Source: Octopus sinensis
Lineage: Eukaryota
Assembly (NCBI RefSeq): GCF_006345805.1
Contig: NC_042997.1
Coordinates: 22,692,001 to 22,756,000, forward strand
Length of the DNA: 64,000 nucleotides
Reading direction: 5' to 3'
Part shown: one piece after another, positions 1 through 12,490 of the stretch
Layout: each line of letters opens with the position of its first letter
How positions within the stretch are numbered: position 1 is the stretch's first letter
Notes under the pieces: generated by a model
What the model was told of the DNA's origin: nothing
Databases searched by the model: none
Seen by the model: the letters and a program-made list of their open reading frames with translations, nothing else
Program-made: the position numbers and the translations under genes

Positions 1-133
1 TTTGATCTGCTGTGCTTCAATAGTTCATACCTAACAAGTCTGAAGAAGCTGCAAGATATACACCATTTTCTTATGTTTATCAGTTTTAATTAATTTAACC
101 AATGAAACTAAAGTGTTTCTTTTCTGTTTGTAG

Positions 134-262
134 TTTCTGTTAGTTATGTATTATTTGTCTAATATGACTGAAGAGCAAACACTCGTGATGTATTCTGGAC
201 ACCCAATGGGATTGTTTCCAAGCAACAATTCAGCACCTAGAATGGTTATAACCAATGGAATG
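134..262 (+). CDS. UROC1: UROC1 exon: FLLVMYYLSNMTEEQTLVMYSGHPMGLFPSNNSAPRMVITNGM
   Basis: tgtag acceptor ends 133; gtaag donor at 263; 43 codons. Confidence 0.95.
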
Positions 263-3200
263 GTAAGAAATCCACAGAGATAAATTAATTTTAAAGTTTT
301 TTTATTATTTTAAACTGAGGAACCTGAGGTTCAATAAGATGCCATTTATATGTTTGCCTCATTGCTACAATTTAGAGTTGTACCAATCTCTTGATAAAAG
401 TTCAATTCCTTCTCTTCAATGAAAATTTAGAACAGATGAATGAATAACTAACGAAGCAATTATAGGTAATAAGATTTGAAAAAAATTAAGGCAGCATGCA
501 CTTGATCCACGAAGCTTCACTTAATAATACACATTATGTTTCATTTCTTTCTATATTCAGAACATCACTGAAAGCTTCTACATTCAGAAGCTATCATATG
601 TGCCCCTGCACACAATCTATCCCCCAACCAAACTTCCCCACAACCCATCTTCCCAACACCCCCTCCTTCCCACCCTTGCTCACCAAATGCTGCACTTCTC
701 CTCACTTACTTTCCCTCACACAAGATTCCACACAAGATTCCCCCATTGAATCTCTTCTCCAAAGCATATTTCCTCCTCTCTTCCCACTCCCCACCCCGCC
801 TGAGGTAGCAATGTTTCCTGTCTAGTGCAAGACTCCCTTTTCTGTCTCTCAATACTACCCAACCACCCTCAATTGAGGGGTTAGTCATACAAGTTACTTG
901 GTGACTTCACTGCTGCTGGTGCCACGTAAAAGCACTCACTACACTCTATAAAGTGTTTGGTATTAAGGGCAACCAACCATAGAAACCATACCAAAGCAAT
1001 CAGCAGGGATTGTGAAGTCTTCTGACTTTTCAGTTCCTGTTGGACCATCCAACCTATGCCTGGATGTTAAATGATGATGGTGTACTAATTCTCTTCCTAT
1101 TTCTTTTGCATATTTATTTCCATAAGAAGGTTCTATATCTTTCTCGATTTTTCTTAACTTCCAAATAATCCAACATCCATTACTTCTCTCAAACTGTATA
1201 ATTAGACCATTTGAGGCATTTAATAACAGACCATCGTAAGTGCCACAACTTAAAAACCGAGAAAAATGCAGTTAAAGTTTCGCAACTTTCAGAATGTGAT
1301 ATCTCTACAAGGAATGAAGTTAGGAAGCTGGTTTTAGTCTTAAAATGACTGTGAAGACTTCCTCTAATCATCCCATCTTTGTATAATTATTTATTTATGT
1401 ATGCAGCTGAAACAATGATTGTGTCTTTCTCATTTTGCAGTTCTATATTTAAGAGATGAGGAATTATGTGCATTATTTACATTATTTACATTTGACGGAT
1501 ATTTGTCCTCGTCTTGTTTGTTGTTAACACAACGTTTTGACTGAAATACTCTCCAGCCTTCATCATATGAGGACAAATACCCGTCAAATGTAAATAAATC
1601 TTTCTCATTTTGTAGAATATACCACTACTATGAAACGGTGTTTCATAGTACTGGTAAATTTGAGCCATAATACCTAGAAAAACCATACAGAAACCCCCAC
1701 CCAAAGGTATTGTTTGTTTGTTAATATATCAAGGTATCTTTAAGAGATAAGTATGACAAGATAGTAAGATAATAGCCTATTATCATTACGATGGTAACAA
1801 GAAATATTAGAAAATGAGCCATAACACCTTGAAAAACGATACAGGGACCACACCAAAATTATTGATTGAGTGCCTGTACTTACGATGGTGTGTTACTAAG
1901 CTCTCTGGTCTGAGTTTGGGTGAGCAAGCACCTTGTCAATAGCATCGAGATACAATTTTTTTCAGCCAGATTTTCAACCTTATTGCAAGCCTCATTGGTT
2001 CTTCCTCCCAACTTTTTCAGATTCTAGATGTTGAAATAAAGAAAATGATATACTAACCTTGAAAATGGCCAGGGTGGCACATATGGCACTCTATTACAAA
2101 ACACCTCATATATGAAAAGAACTTAAACAAATGAAATACTATAGCTAAATCATAGAAAGAAACATTAGGTTTCAACTCAACATTCATAGTCTATATTTAG
2201 CCCCTTTGATATAAACCTACCTGTGATTGCCTCAAATTCTCCAATACAATACCTCACATTTTAAAGCATAAAAATTATAACCTTTCATCATAATGCTATG
2301 TAAAAAAAAGATTTTTGTTAAGATATGTTCCAAATATCTGCTCAATGATAAAAATCAAGTCATTTTTGTGTCCTGCTAAAACTTTGATTATTTTACAAAA
2401 TTAGCAGAAAAACAGAAGTAGGATATTGTAAGAAATAATGGTCATATAACCACTGAAAGAGTTTACAACTAGAGCAGATATATCTAATACATGACCCTTC
2501 GTTATTTCCACAGAATACCAATGTTCCAACAGTGTTGCAAAAACATATTTTACTTGGTGTATTTAAAAAATTTATTATGCACTTGTAAATTTTAACTTAA
2601 CGTTTTCTTTCTATCCCTATTAGATGATCCCAAATTATTCAAGCAAAGAAATATATGACAAACTATTTGCTTTAGGAGTGACAATGTGAGTATCTTTTCT
2701 ATTCTGTTCATTTTCAGGAAAATACCTGAACATATCTGATGCAGTATCAATTTCTATGCTCTCTAAAAAGCCTGAATTAATGCAAGACTCTACATAGTTG
2801 CTTAATTCACAACAAATAGCAGCCAAATATCTCTCAATAAGCACCCTACTACTGAGGTGTGATTCCTTTATATTTTTGAAGGCCACATTAAATGAAGTCC
2901 AAGTCTTGGCAATTCAAAATTGTCCAGTCATAAACAACAAAGAACAAACTCAAAGTGGAATGTCAATCTTTAAAATGATAAATATATCCATCCACTCTAT
3001 CCAATCACAAAACAAAATTTTGTCAAAATATGTATAGAAAAAGAGTATTTCGAATATTATGAATATTAATGTGAGAAATAAACAAGTAAACTGATCTTTT
3101 AATCATGTGTATGATCCACTAGGGATTCTCCTGACCACTTGAGAAAATCTATTTCTCATGCGCGGTCCATGTATATTGCTCCTGCTCAGCTACCATATGC

Positions 3201-3301
3201 AAAATCTTTCTCTTGTCAGCCTACCTATGATTTCTTTGCACCCCTTGTATGTCCATAGCTTGTGTTGGGTACTCTAAGTGAAATTTCTACCAACTCCCTC
3301 A

Positions 3302-3352
<51 letters not shown>

Positions 3353-4721
3353 CTCCTCACTATACACACACACACTCACACACATCAAATGTTAGCTGTC
3401 ACTGGTTATTCAAAATTGTCCAGTCATGAACAACAATGAACAAACTCAAAGTAGAATGTCAATCTTTAATATAATAAATATATACATCCACTCTACCCAA
3501 CTTACTGAGTGAAAAACCCAGCCATCTGTGAAGGTGGCAACTCACCATGCACTCACCAACAATAAAGTATTATTTATACTTTTTCCAAGGTATGGACAAA
3601 TGACTGCCGGGAGTTATTGCTATATTGGCCCTCAAGGAATTGTACATGGTACAACAGTAAGTATCACTAGATTATTTTATCTTAACTGTTAATTAATTAC
3701 AGCCTACTCCTGGATCTAGTTGATTTGGCTACCAGTATTTCAAAAATTAAAATTTATTGAAAATTTTAAAATTTGGCACATTAATTTACTTTTCCAAGCT
3801 AAATTCCAAGCTAAATTGCTAAATTTAAAAAACATTTTTCTGGAAAAATGTTTTTTAATAGTTATAGAGTTATTGATCATTTTCACCCAGTCAGGAAACA
3901 GGATTTGGAAGCTGTCATTTTGTGCGTGACTGCACATGTTGTCAACATTCTGAAAATAGAATATGCTTTTATATGAAACTGCAAACAAATCAAATTCTGC
4001 TTAACGAATAACATATAACCTCGCATAACTTTTTTAAAATTTGGAATTTTCAGAAAGTTTTTGCAAATTTGTACTCTACGCACAGGAATTACGAACAATT
4101 ATGCAAAAAAATTTTTAATGGGGTGGGGCGTAGTTTAAGACCTATTTAGCAGTTATTTTTAGCACATTTCTCGACCAGGGTACAAACAACAGATTACACA
4201 AGTAACAGAACACAGCATCACCACACAGCATTGTATAGAATATATTTGTCAATACAGCTTTCTCGCTGGCTAAATTACTCAGACTTCTTGAACTTTAATT
4301 GCTAATAACTCTTTATTTATTGATTTATAGCGAAAATGATTTTCACATCATTCTCTAGCCTATAAAAGTGTATAATTACACTGAATATGAAATCAAATCA
4401 AACAGAAACTGATGCTGGCAGCCAAACCAAACTGCTCAACAAATGTTAGTTTCTTCCTCACCATGATAATGGTCAACAGTGGAAAAGCATTCTTCCAATA
4501 AAAAAAGAAAAAATTTCAATTTTGCAGAAAGTATCCAACTTATTGCTATTGGAATTTTTAATTGCTCCTTGGTTTCATTTAATTTCATCTGCCCACTTAT
4601 AATTCATGCATAAACTGGAAAATCATAATATTGGTTTAAATGATTATACATGCTGGATAAAATAAAAGCAAAGCAAAAACCTTAATCTTAACTTGATTTG
4701 AGCTTTCTCCAGCAATGTAGA

Positions 4722-4814
<93 letters not shown>

Positions 4815-7800
4815 AATCACTTTCTTACATGTATTTCATTACACTGTATAACAAAATTAATTAATTTTTTTGTCTTTGATCAGTAAGTGTTATTTCTTAT
4901 TTACTTCTATCTAGAAATAAGGAAATTACGACTATTCCCTTCAAACTTTGCTTTTGTGACCTGGACATCAATGCTTTAAAACTGACCTATTTTCTGTGAA
5001 GCAGAAATATCGTTATAACAAACATTCTGCTCAATACCACAGATCTGCTTGTTAATTGCTTGATTTCAACCACTTGAGCATACCCTTTAGTGGCTGACAA
5101 TATGTGCATCTCTGATCATGAGCAGGAGTAGTGGTGGAGCATCATAGCTGTGTTTTGAGAGGGATTCTTTGAGGCTTGAATAAATGTAACAAAAGCAAAG
5201 TTTGAAGGAAATATTAGTTATTTTTCATACTTTAAAGAGATAAACAAATAGGAAATAACAGTTGCTATCCAAAGACAAAAATCATGTTACACAGTGTTAT
5301 GATTCTCATTCATTCAATTTCTTTAAAAATTTCTTAATATATGGTCTTTCATTTAAATCTTCTTGTTTTAGCTGACATTACTCAATGCTGCTCGTATGTA
5401 TTTAAAAACTGATGATCTTTCTGGAAAGGTAAGATTTCAATATACAATATCACGGTTTATTATTTAAGCTTATGTCAATTTCTCCATGCATTTATAATAA
5501 AATAAATATATACAAATTATAAAAATAATAAAAAATATACAGTACTGTTTCTACTTTGTGAATTTTCACCTATCACAGTGGGGTTTGGAATGTAACACCT
5601 GCGATAGTCGAGGAATTACTGTATTCACTTTTCTTACTATGGCATTACCATGATAACAATAATTTCTGATGTCTCTTTGTGTTATAAATATCGTCCAAAC
5701 ATATGTATTAACCAGTACCCTCATAATTTTGAATTCAAATTCTGCTCGAATCAACTGAACACCAAACCCTTCAAGATAAATGATTGAATTATTAGCTGAT
5801 AAATTTAATTAGCATTCAAACCTCAGCCCATATCATATTAAATTCCCTAATATTTTGGTTCTATATCTTGGGGTTATCTATCTTCAATGTCACAAGATTA
5901 ATTATGCAAATATAAGCTGAGTTATCAGATGAAATAATTCAGGAATATATTACTGTGTTGCTACAGATACAAATGTCCCAGAACACATCCCAACATAAAA
6001 AAAGATAATTTGCTTGATTATCAATTGAAATCAACATACTACCACTCCTAACTCACACATTTTTATTATCTCTACCTTATATTTTAGTACTACAATACCT
6101 TTTCTTCATCTGAAGTAGATAGTAATAAACCACCTCCATTATCCTTACTGTCTCACTTCCCAGAACATATACTAAACACTTTGCCATCATTGCTACAAGC
6201 TAGTGTACTCTCCCAGCTACATCCATTGGCCTACAGGCATATGTTGAAAGTAGGTACATACTAAAAGAAGGGAAATGCCCAAAGCTGGTCCATTCACCCA
6301 AGTTATTATCATTGTTTTCATCACTTTTTAGCAAATTTATTAAATGGCAGAACCTCCTTCATCATTCTTTCCAAGCTGAACTTCAAGAAGATGATGAGAA
6401 CTTGGACAAAGAGGAAAGTGTTTATATTCAGTTTCTTTAGTTCTGACCAAAATTCTATCACTTTCTCCATTGTCACAAAGCAGAGGAAAATTGCTTGTGA
6501 AATGAAGGTGGAGCAGTGACCCCCATGATGGCTTCAGTTTTTAATTGGATAATTCTGATAGGAACAACAGCTGTTCAATATAACTCTACAAGTCATCAAT
6601 AGCTTTTCTTTGTCTATTATTGTTTTGTCTAGTCTGCTATTTTCGAGCTTCTTATCCATTTGAATAAGAAAACCCCATAAAATTTTGCATTTCTCTGATT
6701 CCAGCAGTCTTTTGACTCGATAATTATACTATGTACCTCCAGCTTCAAATCCCTATTTCTGATAAAGTTTCCAGTGTAAAACTTTCACAACTTGGTCGTG
6801 TCTCCATTTCTTATATTCCCCCTGCACCAACTTGGGACATTCTGCAACACTGTGTACCAGTCTCATATATTTTGAGAATATAAATTACAAGGACAAGAAC
6901 TTAAAAGAATGCGATCCATATCGTGTAGTACGATTTTCTGAATTTATACTTGCCAAGTTTATCATATTCCTTGTCAGGTAGATTTTTGTCAGATGGTATT
7001 GTCATAACTAGAAGTAGGCAAGCTGGCAGAATCATTAACATGCCAGACAAAATGCTTAATGGCATTTCTTTCAACTTAGTGTTCTGAGTTCAAATTCCAC
7101 TGAGGCTGACTTTGCCTTTCATCCTTTCAAGGTCAATAAAATAAGTACCAATTGTGCACTAACTTCAATATACTCAACTAGTGCCCTCCCTCATAATTTC
7201 AGGTCTTGTGCCTATGGTAAAAACGATTATTATTATTATTATATTTATGTATTTGTTTTGCCAGATTCTTGATGTGAAATTGTGTGTTAAAACAAATATA
7301 GTTATACTTGGAGATGGTCATATTTTTGCCAATTAAACACACACACTGTGTTTTTGGTCTTCACTTCAACATTATTTTTATTATTTTAGTTTTTTGCCAA
7401 AGTTCTTTCATCGTGTGTCCTGTGACCTCTACAGCAACTCTCTATCCCATGTGTCTCCTCTCATTCTGCTTATGTGATAGACAGTCACTGTAGAAGTCAC
7501 TGGATGCATGATGAAAGAACTTTGACAAACAAACTGAAATAATAATAATAAAGTTGAAGTGAAGACCAAATATATAATGTATGTTTTTAATTGGCAAAAT
7601 ATGGCCATCCCTAAGTATAGTGATTACTATTATTACATGTTATATATTATGACTATTACTATTTCCAACAGGTATTTGTCACATCAGGCTTGGGAGGCAT
7701 GAGCGGGGCACAGGCAAAAGCAGCAGTTATTGCAGGTTGTGTTGGAGTTGTAGCTGAGGTAGGTATATCATAATTCAAACTTTAACTCTTACAATCAACT

Positions 7801-10103
7801 TCAAATGTTAATGATGTGTCTCACAGCGATCAATAGCTGGCCTTCTAATTGTGTAATTTGTGTCTCAATATGGTATTGATGCTATTATTAAACACAGTAT
7901 GGTACTTGTATTATGTTTGCATTTGTCTAACCACTTCTTGTCAACTGGTATTGATTTGTCTTGTAACAAGGATGAAAGGTCTGTAACACTTGAAGGGTGC
8001 AGGTCTCATCCCTTACATTAAATTATTCATCGAAGGAAAAGCCAAGACTTCAAATATCTTCAAACAGCATAAATAATTTTATTTCCTGGATTTGCAATAA
8101 TATATATTTCCTTCAGGGCAAATTGGTAGCCATGGAGCTAGTCGCTACAGTTAAATGGTGTGAACCAAATGCTGTCTCGTTCCAGCATAGTGTAGCTTCG
8201 CTACATGTTGGCAGCTTGGAAGAGATGTGAGAACGCGTCCGTTCTGTTCGCTGTCAGCCTTCGAGAGAGGTTGATACATGGGAAGTTTTGCTGCTGCTAG
8301 TCCTCTGCGCATGCACATGAGGGAACTTCTGGCAGGCCTCCCGGAAGAATCCAACTCTACCCATGTGCACTGAAAATTTTCAAAATGGCATCACAACAAT
8401 CTACTCACCATAACTTAGCAGTTTGGCAAAAGAGGCCAATAAAAAATTTTTAAAGTCCTGGGTCAATTGTTCAACTAAACCTTTAGAGGTAGTGCCCTAG
8501 CATGGCTGCAGTTCAATTACTGAAACAAGTAAAATATAGATGATTTGTACTCTAAAGAGATGGTTTAGTCAAAGCTAGAATTACCTTTTATCATAAGTTT
8601 ATTCATCCAGGCTGATCTTGTACTAAACAATAGCAATTTTATGAATTTTTCTTATGTGTTTCCCAATTATTTAACCCAGCATAATCTTGCACTTTTTAAG
8701 TAACAGAAATACATGCAATTTCTACTTTATATTGTTACTGAAAATCCTATTGCTTATGAGTTGAAGTGAAAGATAACAGGATAGATATTAAAAAGAGAAT
8801 TTGAAATGATTTATCTGTAAATATCATTCTGGATGTCATTGTCTAGTTTAGGATGGGTCAATAAAATAAGTACCAGTCATGCACTGGGTTCAGTGTAATT
8901 GACATATACTCTCTCAAAAATGCCTGGCCTTGTGCCAAAATTTGAAGCAATTGTCAAGTCTAGGGTTGAAAGTTTGAATTGGATTATGAAATATTGAAAT
9001 GTGTCGTTATCACCATTTAACGTCCATTTTCCATGCTGGCATGAGTTGGACTATTTGATGCAGACTGACAAGGTTAGGAAGAGTACCAGACTCCATTGTC
9101 TGTTTCATCATGGTTTCTACCACTGGATGGTCTGTAAAAAATTAACATGTATCAATTAGGTAATTCAATTTTTCCCCAAGCACAGATTGTTATTTATTTA
9201 ATTTCAACTTAATGATTGCTTCTTTCTTTTTTTTATTAATTTAGCCGTTTGCCAGCCCTGTCTGGCCCCCGTGTCAGTGGCATGTAAAAGCACCAGCCGT
9301 TTGTGTTCGTTGCCAGCCTGGCCTGGCCCCCGTGCCGGTGACACGTAAAAGCACCATCCGTTTGTGGCCGTTTGCCAGCTCTGTCTGGCCCCCATGCGGG
9401 TGACACGTAAAAGCACCATCCGTTCGTGGCCGTTTGCCAGCCCTGTCTGGCCCCCATGTCGGTGACATGTAAAAGCACCATCCGTTCGTGGCCGTTTGCC
9501 AGCCCTGTCTGGCCCCCATGTCGGTGACATGTAAAAGCACCATCCATTCGTGTCCGTTGCCAGCCTCGCCTGGCCCCCGTGCCGGTGACACGTAAAAGCA
9601 CCATCCGTTCGTGGCCGTTTGCCAGCCCTGTCTGGCCCCCGTGTCGGTGGCATGTAAAAGCACCATCCGTTCGTGTCCGTTGCCAGCCTCGCCTGGCCCC
9701 CGTGCCGGTGACACGTAAAAGCACCATCCGTTTCGTGGCCGTTTGCCAGCTCTGTCTGGCCCCCATGTTGGTGGCACGTAAAAGCACCATCCGTTTGTGT
9801 CCATTGCCAGCCTCGCCTGGCCCCGTGCCGGTGACACGTAAAAGCACCATCCGTTCGTGGCCGTTTGCCAGCTCTGTCTGGCACCTGTGCGGGTGGCACG
9901 TAAAAAGCACCCACTACACTCACGGAGTGGTTGGCGTTAGGAAGGGCATCCAGCCGTAGAAACACTGCCAGATCTGACTGGGCCTGATGAAGCCTTCCAG
10001 CTTCACAGACCCCAGTTGAACCGTCCAACCCATGCTAGCATGGAGAACGGACGCTAAATGATGATGATGATGATGATGATTATCCAAATTCCACTATTTG
10101 ATT

Positions 10104-10154
<51 letters not shown>

Positions 10155-12409
10155 CAGTACCAGGCAGTGGCTCTCGTAGCTTCTGATCTTAATTGATTAG
10201 AAGTGTTATCCTGTACATTATTTTGTCTTGGCATAAAATATTCTGCTCAATACTGCAAATTTGCTTGTCAGTTGCTTGACCTTAACTAGTTGAGCATGTC
10301 CCTTAGTGGCTGACGATATGTGCATCTCTAATCACAAGCAAAAGTAGTGAGGGACCATCATAACTATCTGTTGAGAGGAATTCTTTGGAGTTTGGATAAT
10401 TCACCTTTGGAAACATGGGTGTTTTGTTCATCATCCTTAAAAAAACCTTATTCAGGGACCTTTTGAGCAGGATGGGCTATTCGACCTGAAGAAAATACTA
10501 ACTGGGCTCCACCTGCAAGGTCATGCACTATTTATCTTGATACAAGATCACTATGTTGCATGCGTATGGCTGTGATGCATGTGCCTAGTGTACCCTTATC
10601 AGATGGGTTGTCATGATGGGTATACTGGGCTTTGTATATTTCACCCCAGTGTCACTTTTATGGCATGCACTGCTCTCTCACTCAGTAATAATGATAATAA
10701 TCACACACAAACAGACACATAGACACAAAGTGTAGACTCTGCAATGACAGACTGGAGAGAATTGACCACATTGTTGCTGGTTGCCCAGTCCTTGCCATTA
10801 TGGAATATAAAACCAGACGTGATCAAGTTGGCCAATTCTTGCACTGGGAGCCTTTGCCATCACTAATATATCCTGCACCCTAAAAACTGGCAAGAACACC
10901 ATCCAGAGCCAGTCACGGAGGGAGAGAATGTTACCATCCTATGGGATTATGGGATACATACAGACAGGGAAATAAATGTTAATGGACCAGACATTGTCAT
11001 CAAAGACCTAAAAAACATACCTGTTAATTGATATGACAGTGCCTACTGATAGAAACATCTCAGCAAAGGAATTTAAAAATCTATCAAAATATAAGGACCT
11101 TGAGATTGAGATATCCAGGATGTGGCAATTAAAAACCCTGGGAATGATGAAGAAGGATAATGACAAATTTTTTTGGCCAGATCCCTGGGAAACCAACAAT
11201 CTATGAGACACAAAAAATTATGTTGACATCAACCGCTCACATTCTCGGAAAGTTTCTTTCCATCTACTATATACGTGCCTTAGGTCTCTGGTTGAGACCT
11301 GGCTGGAAGATTTTTAAAAATGCAAATCAATTGGATAATAGCAATAATAATAATAACAACAACAACAACAACAACAACAACAATAATGATAATTAACTGC
11401 CTTATGTATTTACAGGTTGATAAAAATGCCTTGATTAAACGTTATAAGCAAGGTTGGTTATTGAAGATTGCTACCAATTTAGATCATTGTGTTGAATTGA
11501 TTCGAACTGGTCGGAAAGAGAAAAAACCAACAAGTATTGGTTACCATGGAAATGTTGTGGATTTATGGTAATATTTATAAATATTTAAAGTGCAAAAAAT
11601 ATCACTTTGTTGAATTCACCCAAAATAATGTTCATATTTCTTTAGATGTAATTTCAGATCAATAACAAGGCATTATATGTTCTGAATTCCTGTTGAGATT
11701 ATCACAGAAGCTGGACTTAGTCATCGTATTTCTTATTTATCAATGTAGATTGAAAACAAACTTTATTGAGTATTTTTGTGCATTATCAAGGTCAGGTGCA
11801 AGTTAACAGTTAATGGAAGATTTATTAGGGTTACCAAGGTTATTTATAAAGGAGCTAAAGTAAGCTTAAAATTAATAATACATAACCATTCAAATAGCTT
11901 CATGTTTGGACAGGTGTAACATATTTTTCTATTGTTTTTCGACCTGAAGGCCTTCATCCTACAAACCGTCAGACGATGAAGTAAGAATAATCTTTTGTTT
12001 GTCAGTCAGACATACTAAGATAATGATCATTAGTGAATAAGTGTAAGAAAATTTAAACTAAAGGTCATGTAGAGACTAATCCAGCACATTGATTTTACTG
12101 ACATTAAGCAAATATTCTGACATGTTGATAACTCAGATTTTTATATATCATTAAGTGTAATAGATATGAACTTTGATCGATAAAGATGTATAAATTCTTG
12201 CCTATAGATCAAAGGGTTGATCTTTCGTTACAAGAACACACGACTGCTCGTTACAAACCACGTGTGTTTATTTACATTTGTGAAGATGATCGTCGATTTC
12301 CGTAAAAAGCTTTTATTTTTTTACATATGGGGTTGGGGGGAAATGTTCTAGGTTTTTTTAAAATTTATATGTTGTGGAACGTAGAAATAACACACAGAGG
12401 AACGAACAT

Positions 12410-12490
<81 letters not shown>

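Noticed and set aside
9204-10028. Long ORFs (274, 224, 187, 126 aa) and a CRISPR-like look of the 61-bp array
   Set aside because: The ORFs arise from a stop-poor GC-rich repeat read in shifting frames. The units repeat along their whole length, with no unique spacers and no cas genes, in eukaryotic intronic DNA.
11931-11965. Minus-strand GGATGA-A-GGCC-TTCA-GGTC-GAAA hairpin
   Set aside because: The core is too degenerate (no CUGA, no stem III) to call from one copy.
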